From Balanoglossus misakiensis (Eukaryota > Animalia > Hemichordata), in assembly GCA_040954595.2 (NCBI GenBank), contig CM082590.2, positions 3,162,001 through 3,226,000 on the forward strand: 64,000 nucleotides of DNA. Direction: 5' to 3'. Positions 9,661 to 24,850 of this stretch are shown piece after piece; positions within the stretch are counted from its first letter, which is position 1, and the number at the start of each line of letters is the position of its first letter. The position numbers and the translations under genes were made by a program. The notes below the pieces were generated by a model. It worked only from the letters and a program-made list of their open reading frames with translations, searched no databases and was not told the DNA's origin.

Positions 9661-12600
9661 ATGTCCATGGTTGATTTCAAACAGCCTTGTTTATTTACCG
9701 AATTCTGCTGTGATGCGCAGAACACATAGATAGGCCTATGTGCATAAGAAAGTTTTCCACTAGACTCTGTAGATCGACGGATAGTTCTAAAATTTCCATG
9801 GTTGCATCCAAACAGCCTCGTTTATTTACCGATTTCTGTTGTGAGGCGCAGAACACGTGATAGGCCTATGCGCATAAGAAAGTTTTTTACTAGACTCTGC
9901 AGATCGACGGATAGTTCTAAAATTTCCATGGTTGCTTCCAAACACAGCCTCGTTTATTTCCAAATTCTGTTGTAATGCGCAGAACACATAGATAGGCCTA
10001 TGCGCATAAGAACGCTTTCCACTAGACTCTATAGATCGACGGATAGTTCTAAAATTTCCATGGTTGCTTCCAAACACAGCCTCGTTTGTTTACAAAATTC
10101 TGCAGTGATGCGCAGAACACATGATAGGCCTATGCGCATAAGAAACTTTTTCACTGTAGATCGACGGATAGTTCTAAAATTTCCATGGTTGATTCCAAAC
10201 ACAACCTCGTTTGTTTACAAAATTATGTTGTAATGCGCAGAACACATAGCTAGGCCTATGCGCATAAGAAAGTTTTCCACTAGACTCTGTAGATCGAGAG
10301 ATAGTTCTAAAATATACATGGTTGCCTCAAAACACAGCCTCGTTTGTTTACAAAATTCTGTTGTGATGCGCAGAACACATAGATAGGCCTATGCGCATAA
10401 GAACGTTTTCCACTAGACCTTTTAGATCGACGGATAGTTCTAAAATTTCCATGGTTGTTTCCAAACAGCCTCGTTTATTTACCGATTTCTGTTGTGAGGC
10501 GCTGAACACATAGATAGGCCTATGCGCATAAGAAAGTTTTCCACTAGACGCTGAAGGTCGACGGATAGTTCTAAAATTTCCATGGTTGCTTCCAAACAGC
10601 CTCGTTTATTTACCGATTTCTGTTGTGAGGCGCAGTACACATGATAGGCCCATGCGCATAAGAAATTTTTCCACTAGACTCTGTAGATCGACGGATAGTT
10701 CTAAAATGTCCATGGTTGCTTCCAAACAAAGCCTCGTTTGTTTACAAAATTCTGTTGTGATGCGCAGAACACATATATAGGCCTATGCGCATATGAACGT
10801 TTCCCACTATACTCTGTAGATCGAGAGATAGTTCTAAAATTTCCATGTTTGCTTACAAACAGCCTCGTTTATTTACGGAATTCTGTTTTGAGGCGCAGAA
10901 CACATAGATAGGCATATGTGCATAAGAAAGTTTTCCACTATAGACTCTGTAGATCGAGAGATAGTTCTAAAATTTCCATGGTTGCTTCCAAACACAGCCT
11001 CGTTTGTTTACAAAATTCTGTTGTGATGCGCAGAACACATATATAGGCCTATGCGCATAAGAACGTTTTCCACTAGACTCTGTAGAACGACGGATAGCTG
11101 TAAAATGTCCATGGTTGCTTCCAAACTGCCTCGTTTATTTACCGATTTCTGTTGTAAGGCGCAGAACACATGATAGGCCTATGCGCATAAGACATTTTTC
11201 CACTAGACTCTGTAGATCGACGGATAGTTCTAAAATGTCCATGGTTGCTTCCAAACAGCCTCGTTTATTTACCGAATTCTGTTGTGAGGCGCAGAACACG
11301 TAATAGACCTATGCGCATTAGAAAGTTTTCCACAAGACTCTGTAGATCGACGGATAGATGTAAAATGTCCACTGTTGCTTCCAAATACAGCCTCGTTTAT
11401 TTACCGATTTCTGTTGTGATGCGCATAACACATATATAGGCCTATGCGCAAAAGAACGTTTTCCACTAGACTCTGTAGATCGACGGATAGCTGTAAAATT
11501 TCCATGTTTGCTTCCAAACAGCCTCGTTTATTTACGGAATTCTGTTGTGAGGCGCAGAACACGTAATAGGCCTATGCGCATAAGAAAGTTTTCCACCAGA
11601 CTCTGTAGATCGACGGATAGTTGTAAAATGTCCATGGTTGCTTCCAAATACAGCCTCGTTTATTTACCGATTTCTGTTGTGATGCGCATAACATATATAT
11701 AGGCCTATGCGCAAAAGAACGTTTTCCACTAGACTCTGTAGATCGACGGATAGCTGTAAAATTTCCATGTTTGCTTGCAAACAGCCTTGTTTATTTACGG
11801 AATTCTGTTTTGAGGCGCAGAACACATGATAGGCCTATGCGCATACGACATTTTTCCACTAGACTCTGTAGATCGACGGATAGTTGTAACATTTCCATGG
11901 TTGCTTCCAAACAACCTCGTTTGTTTACCGAATTCTGTTGTGATGCGCAGAACACATATATAGGCCTATGCGCATAAGAACGTTTTCCACTAGACTCTGT
12001 AGATCGACGGATAGTTGTAAAATGTTCATGGTTGCTTCCAAATACAGCCTCGTTTATTTACCGATTTCTGTTGTGATGCGCATAACACATAGATAGGCCT
12101 ATGCGCATTATAACGTTTTCCACTAGACTCTGTAGATCGACGGATAGTTGTAAAATTTCCATGGTTGCTTCCAAACAGCCTCGTTTATTTACCGAATTCT
12201 GTTGTTAGGCGCAGAACACGTTATAGGCCTATGCGCATAAGAAAGTTTTCCACCAGACTCTGTAGATCGAAGGATTTTTGTAAAATTTCCATGGTTGCTT
12301 CCAAACAGCCTCGTTTATTTACCGAATTCTGTTGTTAGGCGCAGAACACGTTATAGGCCTATGCGCATAAGAAAGTTTTCCACCAGACTCTGTAGATCGA
12401 AGGATTTTTGTAAAATTTCCATGGTTGCTTCCAAACAGCCTCGTTTATTTACCGAATTCTGTTGTTAGGCGCAGAACACGTTATAGGCCTATGCGCATAA
12501 GAAAGTTTTCCACCAGACTCTGTAGATGGACTGATAGTTGTAAAATTTCCATGGTTGCTTCCAAACAGCCTCGTTTATTTACTGATTTCTGTTGTGAGGC

Positions 12601-15600
12601 GCAGAACACATGATAGGCCAATGCGCATAAGACATTTTTCCACTAGACTCTGTAGATCGACGGATAGTTGTAAAATTTCCATGGTTGCTTCCAAACAACC
12701 TCGTTTGTTTACGAATTCTGTTGTGATGCGCAGAACACATATATAGGGCTATGCGCATAAGAAAGTTTTCCACCAGACTCCGTAGATCGACGGATAGTTG
12801 TAAAATTTCCATGGTTGCTTCCAAACAGCCTCGTTTATTTACCGAATTCTGTTGTGAGGCGCAGAACACATAGATAGGCATATGTGCATAAGAAAGTTTT
12901 CCACTATAGACTCTGTAGATCGAGAGATAGTTCTAAAATGTCCATGGTTGCTACCAAACACAGCCTCGTTTGTTTACAAAATTCTGTTGTGATGCGCAGA
13001 ACACATAGATAGGCCTATGCGCATATGAACGTTTTCCACCATACACTGTAGATCGAGAGATAGTTCTAAAACTTCCATGTTTGCTTCCAAACAGCCTCGT
13101 TTATTTGCGGAATTCTGTTTTGAGGCGCAGAACACATAGATAGGCATATGTGAATAAGAAAGTTTTCCACTATAGACTCTGTAGATCGAGAGATAGTTGT
13201 AAAATTTCCATGGTTGCTTCCAAACAGCCTCGTTTATTTACCGATTTCTGTTGTGAGGCGCAGAACACATAGATAGGCCTATGCGCATGAAAAACTTTTC
13301 AACTTTAGATCAACGGATAGTTCTAAAATTTCCATGGTTGTTTCCAAACAGCCTCGTTTATTTACCGAATTCTGTTGTGATGCGTAGAACACATACATAT
13401 GCCTATGCGCATAAGAAAGTTTTCCACTAGACTCCGTAGATCGACGAATAGTTCTAAAATGTCCATGGTTGCTTCCAAACAAAGTCTGGTTTGTTTACAA
13501 AATTCTGTTGTGAAGCGCAGAACACATAGATAGGCCTATGCGCATATGAACGTTTTCCACTATACTCTGTAGATCGAGAGATAGTTCTAAAATTTCCATG
13601 TTTGCTTCCAAACAGCCTCGTTTATTTACGGAATTCTGTTTTGAGGCGCAGAACACATAGATAGGCATATGTGCATAAGAAAGTTTTCCACTATAGACTC
13701 TGTAGATCGAGAGATAGTTCTAAAATGTCCATGGTTGCTTCCAAACACAGCCTCGTTTGTTTACAAAATTCTGTTGTGATGCGCAGAACACATATATAGG
13801 CCTATGCGCATAATAACGTTTTCCACTAGACTCTGTAGATCGACGGATAGTTGTAAAATTTCCATGGTTGCTTCCAAACAGCCTCGTTTATTTACCGAAT
13901 TCTGTTGTAAGGCACAGAACACATAGATAGGCCTATGTGCATAAGAAAGTTTTCCACTATAGACTCTGTAGATCGAGAGATAGTTCTAAAATGTCCATGG
14001 TTGCTTCCAAACACAGCCTCGTTTGTTTACAAAATTCTGTTGTGATGCGCAGAACACATATATAGGCCTATGCGCATAATAACGTTTTCCACTAGACTCT
14101 GTAGATCGACGGACGGATAGTTGTAAAATTTCCATGGTTGCTTCCAAACAGCCTCGTTTATTTACCGAATTCTGTTGTGAGGCGCAGAACACATAGATAG
14201 GCATATGTGCATAAGAAAGTTTTCCACTATAGACTCTGTAGATCGAGAGATAGTTCTAAAATGTCCATGGTTGCTACCAAACACAGCCTCGTTTGTTTAC
14301 AAAATTCTGTTGTGATGCGCAGAACACATATATAGGCCTATGCGCATAAGAACGTTTCCACTAGACTCTGTAGATCGACGGATAGTTGTAAAATTTCCAT
14401 GGTTGCTTCCAAACAGCCTCGTTTATTTACCGAATTCTGTTGTTAGGCGCAGAACACGTTATAGGCCTATGCGCATAAGAAAGTTTTCCACCAGACTCTG
14501 TAGATGGACTGATAGTTGTAAAATTTCCATGGTTGCTTCCAAACAGCCTCGTTTATTTACTGATTTCTGTTGTGAGGCGCAGAACACATGATAGGCCAAT
14601 GCGCATAAGACATTTTTCCACTAGACTCTGTAGATCGACGGATAGTTGTAAAATTTCCATGGTTGCTTCCAAACAACCTCGTTTGTTTACGAACTCTGTT
14701 GTGATGCGCAGAACACATATATAGGCCTATGCGCATAAGAACGTTTTCCACTAGACTCTGTAGATCGAGAGATAGTTCTAAAATTTCCATGGTTGCTTCC
14801 AAACAGCCTCGTTTATTTACCGAATTCTGTTGTGAGACGCAGAACACGTAATAGGCCTATGCGCATAAGAAATTTTCCACCAGACTCCGTAGATCGACGG
14901 ATAGTTGTAAAATTTCCATGGTTGCTTCCAAACAGCCTCGTTTATTTACCGAATTCTGTTGTGAGGCGCAGAACACATAGATAGGCCTATGTGCATAAGA
15001 AAGTTTTCCACTATAGACTCTGTAGATCGAGAGATAGTTCTAAAATGTCCATGGTTGCTACCAAACACAGCCTCGTTTGTTTACAAAATTCTGTTGTGAT
15101 GCGCAGAACACATAGATAGGCCTATGCGCATATGAACGTTTTCCACTATACACTGTAGATCGAGAGATAGTTCTAAAACTTCCATGTTTGCTTCCAAACA
15201 GCCTCGTTTATTTGCGGAATTCTGTTTTGAGGCGCAGAACACATAGATAGGCATATGTGAATAAGAAAGTTTTCCACTATAGACTCTGTAGATCGAGAGA
15301 TAGTTGTAAAATTTCCATGGTTGCTTCCAAACAGCCTCGTTTATTTACCGATTTCTGTTGTGAGGCGCAGAACACATAGATAGGCCTATGCGCATAAAAA
15401 ACTTTTCAACTTTAGATCAACGGATAGTTCTAAAATTTCCATGGTTGTTTCCAAACAGCCTCGTTTATTTACCGAATTCTGTTGTGATGCGTAGAACACA
15501 TACATATGCCTATGCGCATAAGAAAGTTTTCCACTAGACTCCGTAGATCGACGAATAGTTCTAAAATGTCCATGGTTGCTTCCAAACAAAGTCTGGTTTG

Positions 15601-18600
15601 TTTACAAAATTCTGTTGTGATGCGCAGAACACATAGATAGGCCTATGCGCATATGAACGTTTTCCACTATACTCTGTAGATCGAGAGATAGTTCTAAAAT
15701 TTCCATGTTTGCTTCCAAACAGCCTCGTTTATTTACGGAATTCTGTTTTGAGGCGCAGAACACATAGATAGGCATATGTGCATAAGAAAGTTTTCCACTA
15801 TAGACTCTGTACATCGAGAGATAGTTCTAAAATTTCCATGGTTGCTTCCAAACACAGCCTCGTTTGTTTACAAAATTCTGTTGTGATGCGCAGAACACAT
15901 ATATAGGCCTATGCGCATAAGAACGTTTTCCACTAGACTCTGTAGATCGACGGATAGCTGTAAAATTTCCATGGTTGCTTCCAAACAGCCTCGTTTATTT
16001 ACCGATTTCTGTTGTGAGGCGCAGAACACATGATAGGCCTATGCGCATGAGACATTTTTCCACTAGACTCTGTAGATCGACGGATAGTTGTAAAATTTCA
16101 TGGTTGCTTCCAAATACAGCCTCGTTTATTTACCGATTCCTGTTGTGAGGCGCAGAACACATAGATAGGCCTATGTGCATACGAAAGTTTTCCACTATAG
16201 ACTCTGTAGATCGAGAGATAGTTCTAAAATGTCCATGGTTGCTTCCAAACACAGCCTCGTTTGTTTACAAAATTCTGTTGTGATGCGCAGAACACATATA
16301 TAGGCCTATGCGCATAATAACGTTTTCCACTAGACTCTGTAGATCGACGGATAGTTGTAAAATTTCCATGGTTGCTTCCAAACAGCCTCGTTTATTTACC
16401 GAATTCTGTTGTGAGGCGCAGAACACATAGATAGGCATATGTGCATAAGAAAGTTTTCCACTATAGACTCTGTAGATCGAGAGATAGTTCTAAAATGTCC
16501 ATGGTTGCTACCAAACACAGCCTCGTTTGTTTACAAAATTCTGTTGTGATGCGCAGAACACATATATAGGCCTATGCGCATAAGAACGTTTCCACTAGAC
16601 TCTGTAGATCGACGGATTGCTGTAAAATTTCATGGTTGCTTCCAAATACAGCCTCGTTTATTTACCGATTTCTGTTGTGATGCGCATAACACATAGATAG
16701 GCCTATGCGCATAAGAACGTTTTACACTAGACTCTGTAGATCGACGGATAGTTGTACAATTTCCATGGTTGCTTCCAAACAGCTTCGTTTATTTACCGAT
16801 TTCTGTTGTGAGGCGCAGAACACATGATAGGCCTATGCGCATGAGACATTTTTCCACTAGACTCTGTAGATCGACGGATAGTTCTAAAAGTTCCATGGTT
16901 GCTTCCAAACAGCCTCGTTTACTTACCGAATTCTGTTGTGAGGCGCAGAGCACGTAATAGGCCTATGCGCATAAGAAAGTTTTCCACCAGACTCTGTAGA
17001 TCGACGGATAGTTGTAAAATTTCCATGGTTGCTTCCAAACAGCCTCGTTTATTTACCGAATTCTGTTGTGAGGCGCAGAACACATAGATAGGCATATGTG
17101 CATAAGAAAGTTTTCCACTATAGACTCTATAGATCGAGAGATAGTTCTAAAATGTCCATGGTTGCTTCCAAACACAGCCTCGTTTGTTTACAAAATTCTG
17201 TTGTGATGCGCAGAACACATATATAGGCCTATGCGCATTAGAACGTTTCCACTAGACTCTGTAGATCGACGGATAGCTGTAAAATTTCCATGGTTGCTTT
17301 TAAACAGCCTCGTTTATTTACCGATTCCTGTTGTGAGGCGCAGAACACATAGATAGGCATATGTGCATAAGAAGGTTTTCCACTATAGACTCTGTAGATC
17401 GAGAGATAGTTCTAAAATGTCCATGGTTGCTACCAAACACAGCCTCGTTTGTTTACAAAATTCTGTTGTGATGCGCAGAACACATATATAGGCCTATGCG
17501 CATAAGAACGTTTCCACTAGACTCTGTAGATCGACGGATAGCTGTAAAATTTCCATGGTTGCTTCCAAACAGCCTCGTTTATTTACCGATTTCTGTTGTG
17601 ATGCGCAGAACACATAGATAGGCATATGTGCATAATAAAGTTTTCCACTAGACTCTGTAGATCGAGAGATAGTTCTAAAATTTCCATGGTTGCTTCCAAA
17701 CACAGCCTCGTTTGTTTACAAAATTCTGTTGTGATGCGCAGAACACATATATAGGCCTATGCGCATAATAACGTTTTCCACTAGACTCTGTAGATCGACG
17801 GATAGTTGTAAAATTTCCATGGTTGCTTCCAAACAGCCTCGTTTATTTACCGAATTCTGTTGTGAGGCGCAGAACACATAGATAGGCATATGTGCATAAG
17901 AAAGTTTTCCACTATAGACTCTATAGATCGAGAGATAGTTCTAAAATGTCCATGGTTGCTTCCAAACACAGCCTCGTTTGTTTACAAAATTCTGTTGTGA
18001 TGCGCAGAACACATATATAGGCCTATGCGCATTAGAACGTTTCCACTAGACTCTGTAGATCGACGGATAGCTGTAAAATTTCCATGGTTGCTTTTAAACA
18101 GCCTCGTTTATTTACCGATTCCTGTTGTGAGGCGCAGAACACATAGATAGGCATATGTGCATAAGAAAGTTTTCCACTATAGACTCTGTAGATCGAGAGA
18201 TAGTTCTAAAATGTCCATGGTTGCTACCAAACACAGCCTCGTTTGTTTACAAAATTCTGTTGTGATGCGCAGAACACATATATAGGCCTATGCGCATAAG
18301 AACGTTTCCACTAGACTCTGTAGATCGACGGATAGCTGTAAAATTTCCATGGTTGCTTCCAAACAGCCTCGTTTATTTACCGATTTCTGTTGTGAGGCGC
18401 AGAACACATGATAGGCCTATGCGCATGAGACATTTTTCCACTAGACTGTGTAGATCGACGGATAGTTGTAAAATTTCATGGTTGCTTCCAAATACAGCCT
18501 CGTTTATTTACCGATTTCTGTTGTGAGGCGCAGAACACATAGATAGGCCTATGTGCATAAGAAAGTTTTCCACTATAGACTCTGTAGATCGAGAGATAGT

Positions 18601-21600
18601 TCTAAAATGTCCATGGTTGCTTCCAAACACAGCCTCGTTTGTTTACAAAATTCTGTTGTGATGCGCAGAACACATATATAGGCCTATGCGCATAATAACG
18701 TTTTCCACTAGACTCTGTAGATCGACGGATAGTTGTAAAATTTCCATGGTTGCTTCCAAACAGCCTCGTTTATTTACCGAATTCTGTTCTGTTGTGAGGC
18801 GCAGAACACATAGATAGGCATATGTGCATAAGAAAGTTTTCCACCATAGACTCTGTAGATCGAGAGATAGTTCTAAAATGTCCATGGTTGCTACCAAACA
18901 CAGCCTCGTTTGTTTACAAAATTCTGTTGTGATGCGCAGAACACATATATAGGCCTATGCGCATAAGAACGTTTCCACTAGACTCTGTAGATCGACGGAT
19001 AGCTGTAAAATTTCATGGTTGCTTCCAAATACAGCCTCGTTTATTTACCGATTTCTGTTGTGATGCGCATAACACATAGATAGGCCTATGCGCATAAGAA
19101 CGTTTTACACTAGACTCTGTAGATCGACGGATAGTTGTACAATTTCCATGGTTGCTTCCAAACAGCCTCGTTTATTTACCGATTTCTGTTGTGAGGCGCA
19201 GAACACATGATAGGCCTATGCGCATAAGACATTTTTCCACTAGACTCTGTAGATCGACGGATAGTTCTAAAAGTTCCACGGTTGCTTCCAAACAGCCTCG
19301 TTTATTTATCGAATTCTGTTGTGAGGCGCAGAGCACGTAATAGGCCTATGCGCATAAGAAAGTTTTCCACCAGACTCTGTAGATCGACGGATAGTTGTAC
19401 AATTTCCATGGTTGCTTCCAAACAGCCTCGTTTATTTACCGATTTCTGTTGTGATGCGCAGAACACATAGATAGGCATATGTGCATAATAAAGTTTTCCA
19501 CTAGACTCTGTAGATCGAGAGATAGTTCTAAAATTTCCATGGTTGCTTCCAAACACAGCCTCGTTTGTTTACAAAATTCTGTTGTGATGCGCTGAACACA
19601 TATATAGGCCTATGCGCATAATAACGTTTTCCACTAGACTCTGTAGATCGACGGATAGTTGTAAAATTTCCATGGTTGCTTCCAAACAGCCTCGTTTATT
19701 TACCGAATTCTGTTGTGAGGCGCAGAGCACGTAATAGGCCTATGCGCATAAGAAAGTTTTCCACCAGACTCTGTAGATCGACGGATAGTTGTAAAATTTC
19801 CATGGTTGCTTCCAAACAGCCTCGTTTATTTACCGATTTCTGTTGTGATGCGCAGAACACATAGATAGGCATATGTGCATAATAAAGTTTTCCACTAGAC
19901 TCTGTAGATCGAGAGATAGTTCTAAAATTTCCATGGTTGCTTCCAAACACAGCCTCGTTTGTTTACAAAATTCTGTTGTGATGCGCAGAACACATATATA
20001 GGCCTATGCGCATAATAACGTTTTCCACTAGACTCTGTAGATCGACGGATAGTTGTAAAATTTCCATGGTTGCTTCCAAACAGCCTCGTTTATTTACCGA
20101 ATTCTGTTGTGAGGCGCAGAACACATAGATAGGCATATGTGCATAAGAAAGTTTTCCACTATAGACTCTATAGATCGAGAGATAGTTCTAAAATGTCCAT
20201 GGTTGCTTCCAAACACAGCCTCGTTTGTTTACAAAATTCTGTTGTGATGCGCAGAACACATATATAGGCCTATGCGCATAAGAACGTTTCCACTAGACTC
20301 TGTAGATCGACGGATAGCTGTAAAATTTCCATGGTTGCTTTTAAACAGCCTCGTTTATTTACCGATTCCTGTTGTGAGGCGCAGAACACATAGATAGGCA
20401 TATGTGCATAAGAAAGTTTTCCACTATAGACTCTGTAGATCGAGAGATAGTTCTAAAATGTCCATGGTTGCTACCAAACACAGCCTCGTTTGTTTACAAA
20501 ATTCTGTTGTGATGCGCAGAACACATATATAGGCCTATGCGCATAAGAACGTTTCCACTAGACTCTGTAGATCGACGGATAGCTGTAAAATTTCCATGGT
20601 TGCTTCCAAACAGCCTCGTTTATTTACCGATTTCTGTTGTGAGGCGCAGAACACATGATAGGCCTATGCGCATGAGACATTTTTCCACTAGACTCTGTAG
20701 ATCGACGGATAGTTGTAAAATTTCATGGTTGCTTCCAAATACAGCCTCGTTTATTTACCGATTTCTGTTGTGAGGCGCAGAACACATAGATAGGCCTATG
20801 TGCATAAGAAAGTTTTCCACTATAGACTCTGTAGATCGAGAGATAGTTCTAAAATGTCCATGGTTGCTTCCAAACACAGCCTCGTTTGTTTACAAAATTC
20901 TGTTGTGATGCGCAGAACACATATATAGGCCTATGCGCATAATAACGTTTTCCACTAGACTCTGTAGATCGACGGATAGTTGTAAAATTTCCATGGTTGC
21001 TTCCAAACAGCCTCGTTTATTTACCGAATTCTGTTGTGAGGCGCAGAACACATAGATAGGCATATGTGCATAAGAAAGTTTTCCACTATAGACTCTGTAG
21101 ATCGAGAGATAGTTCTAAAATGTCCATGGTTGCTACCAAACACAGCCTCGTTTGTTTACAAAATTCTGTTGTGATGCGCAGAACACATATATAGGCCTAT
21201 GCGCATAAGAACGTTTCCACTAGACTCTGTAGATCGACGGATAGCTGTAAAATTTCATGGTTGCTTCCAAATACAGCCTCGTTTATTTACCGATTTCTGT
21301 TGTGATGCGCATAACACATAGATAGGCCTATGCGCATAAGAACGTTTTACACTAGACTCTGTAGATCGACGGATAGTTGTACAATTTCCATGGTTGCTTC
21401 CAAACAGCCTCGTTTATTTACCGATTTCTGTTGTGAGGCGCAGAACACATGATAGGCCTATGCGCATAAGACATTTTTCCACTAGACTCTGTAGATCGAC
21501 GGATAGTTCTAAAAGTTCCATGGTTGCTTCCAAACAGCCTCGTTTATTTATCGAATTCTGTTGTGAGGCGCAGAGCACGTAATAGGCCTATGCGCATAAG

Positions 21601-21949
21601 AAAGTTTTCCACCAGACTCTGTAGATCGACGGATAGTTGTACAATTTCCATGGTTGCTTCCAAACAGCCTCGTTTATTTACCGATTTCTGTTGTGATGCG
21701 CAGAACACATAGATAGGCATATGTGCATAATAAAGTTTTCCACTAGACTCTGTAGATCGAGAGATAGTTCTAAAATTTCCATGGTTGCTTCCAAACACAG
21801 CCTCGTTTGTTTACAAAATTCTGTTGTGATGCGCAGAACACATATATAGGCCTATGCGCATAATAACGTTTTCCACTAGACTCTGTAGATCGACGGATAG
21901 TTGTAAAATTTCCATGGTTGCTTCCAAACAGCCTCGTTTATTTACCGAA

Positions 21950-24850
21950 TTCTGTTGTGAGGCGCAGAACACATAGATAGGCATATGTGCATAAGAAAGT
22001 TTTCCACTATAGACTCTATAGATCGAGAGATAGTTCTAAAATGTCCATGGTTGCTTCCAAACACAGCCTCGTTTGTTTACAAAATTCTGTTGTGATGCGC
22101 AGAACACATATATAGGCCTATGCGAATAAGAACGTTTCCACTAGACTCTGTAGATCGACGGATAGCTGTAAAATTTCCATGATTGCTTTTAAACAGCCTC
22201 GTTTATTTACCGATTTCTGTTGTGAGGCGCAGAACACATAGATAGGCATATGTGCATAAGAAAGTTTTCCACTATAGACTCTGTAGATCGAGAGATAGTT
22301 CTAAAATGTCCATGGTTGCTTCCAAACACAGCCTCGTTTGTTTACAAAATTCTGTTGTGATGCGCAGAACACATATATAGGCCTATGCGCATAAGAACGT
22401 TTCCACTAGACTCTGTAGATCGACGGATAGCTGTAAAATTTCCATGGTTGCTTTTAAACAGCCTCGTTTATTTACCGATTTCTGTTGTGAGGCGCAGAAC
22501 ACATAGATAGGCATATGTGCATAAGAAAGTTTTCCACTATAGACTCTGTAGATCGAGAGATAGTTCTAAAATGTCCATGGTTGCTTCCAAACACAGCCTC
22601 GTTTGTTTACAAAATTCTGTTATGATGCGCAGAACACATATATAGGCCTATGCGCATAAGAACGTTTCCACTAGACTCTGTAGATCGACGGATAGCTGTA
22701 AAATTTCCATGGTTGCTTTTAAACAGCCTCGTTTATTTACCGATTTCTGTTGTGAGGCGCAGAACACATAGATAGGCATATGTGCATAAGAAAGTTTTCC
22801 ACTATAGACTCTGTAGATCGAGAGATAGTTCTAAAATGTCCATGGTTGCTTCCAAACACAGCCTCGTTTGTTTACAAAATTCTGTTATGATGCGCAGAAC
22901 ACATATATAGGCCTATGCGCATAAGAACGTTTCCACTAGACTCTGTAGATCGACGGATAGCTGTAAAATTTCCATGGTTGCTTTTAAACAGCCTCGTTTA
23001 TTTACCGATTTCTGTTGTGAGGCGCAGAACACATAGATAGGCATATGTGCATAAGAAAGTTTTCCACTATAGACTCTGTAGATCGAGAGATAGTTCTAAA
23101 ATGTCCATGGTTGCTTCCAAACACAGCCTCGTTTATTTACCGATTTCTGTTGTGATGCGCATAACACATAGATAGGCCTATGCGCATAAGAACGTTTTCC
23201 ACTAGACTCTGTAGATCGACGGATAGTTCTAAAAGTTCCATGGTTGCTTCCAAACAGCCTCGTTTATTTATCGAATTCTGTTGTGAGGCGCAGAGCACGT
23301 AATAGGCCTATGCGCATAAGAAAGTTTTCCACCAGACTCTGTAGATCGACGGATAGTTGTACAATTTCCATGGTTGCTTCCAAACAGCCTCGTTTATTTA
23401 CCGATTTCTGTTGTGATGCGCAGAACACATAGATAGGCATATGTGCATAAGAAAGTTTTCCACTAGACTCTGTAGATCGAGAGATAGTTCTAAAATTTCC
23501 ATGGTTGCTTCCAAACACAGCCTCGTTTGTTTACAAAATTCTGTTGTGATGCGCAGAACACATATATAGGCCTATGCGCATAATAACGTTTTCCACTAGA
23601 CTCTGTAGATCGACGGATAGTTGTAAAATTTCCATGGTTGCTTCCAAACAGCCTCGTTTATTTACCGAATTCTGTTGTGAGGCGCAGAACACATAGATAG
23701 GCATATGTGCATAAGAAAGTTTTCCACTATAGACTCTATAGATCGAGAGATAGTTCTAAAATGTCCATGGTTGCTTCCAAACACAGCCTCGTTTGTTTAC
23801 AAAATTCTGTTGTGATGCGCAGAACACATAGATAGGCCTATGCGAATAAGAACGTTTCCACTAGACTCTGTAGATCGACGGATAGCTGTAAAATTTCCAT
23901 GATTGCTTTTAAACAGCCTCGTTTATTTACCGATTTCTGTTGTGAGGCGCAGAACACATAGATAGGCATATGTGCATAAGAAAGTTTTCCACTATAGACT
24001 CTGTAGATCGAGAGATAGTTCTAAAATGTCCATGGTTGCTTCCAAACACAGCCTCGTTTGTTTACAAAATTCTGTTGTGATGCGCAGAACACATATATAG
24101 GCCTATGCGCATAAGAACGTTTCCACTAGACTCTGTAGATCGACGGATAGCTGTAAAATTTCCATGGTTGCTTTTAAACAGCCTCGTTTATTTACCGATT
24201 TCTGTTGTGAGGCGCAGAACACATAGATAGGCATATGTGCATAAGAAAGTTTTCCACTATAGACTCTGTAGATCGAGAGATAGTTCTAAAATGTCCATGG
24301 TTGCTTCCAAACACAGCCTCGTTTGTTTACAAAATTCTGTTATGATGCGCAGAACACATATATAGGCCTATGCGCATAAGAACGTTTCCACTAGACTCTG
24401 TAGATCGACGGATAGCTGTAAAATTTCCATGGTTGCTTTTAAACAGCCTCGTTTATTTACCGATTTCTGTTGTGAGGCGCAGAACACATAGATAGGCATA
24501 TGTGCATAAGAAAGTTTTCCACTATAGACTCTGTAGATCGAGAGATAGTTCTAAAATGTCCATGGTTGCTTCCAAACACAGCCTCGTTTGTTTACAAAAT
24601 TCTGTTATGATGCGCAGAACACATATATAGGCCTATGCGCATAAGAACGTTTCCACTAGACTCTGTAGATCGACGGATAGCTGTAAAATTTCCATGGTTG
24701 CTTTTAAACAGCCTCGTTTATTTACCGATTTCTGTTGTGAGGCGCAGAACACATAGATAGGCATATGTGCATAAGAAAGTTTTCCACTATAGACTCTGTA
24801 GATCGAGAGATAGTTCTAAAATGTCCATGGTTGCTTCCAAACACAGCCTC
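21950..24850 (+). repeat. Dimer-dominated satellite domain (265 bp = 135 + 130), itself duplicated at a 1720-bp offset
   Basis: The marker CTTTTAAACA lies at 22451 and 22981 (2 x 265) with one copy between them. The marker AAAAGTTCCATGG lies at 21511 and 23231. Confidence 0.8.
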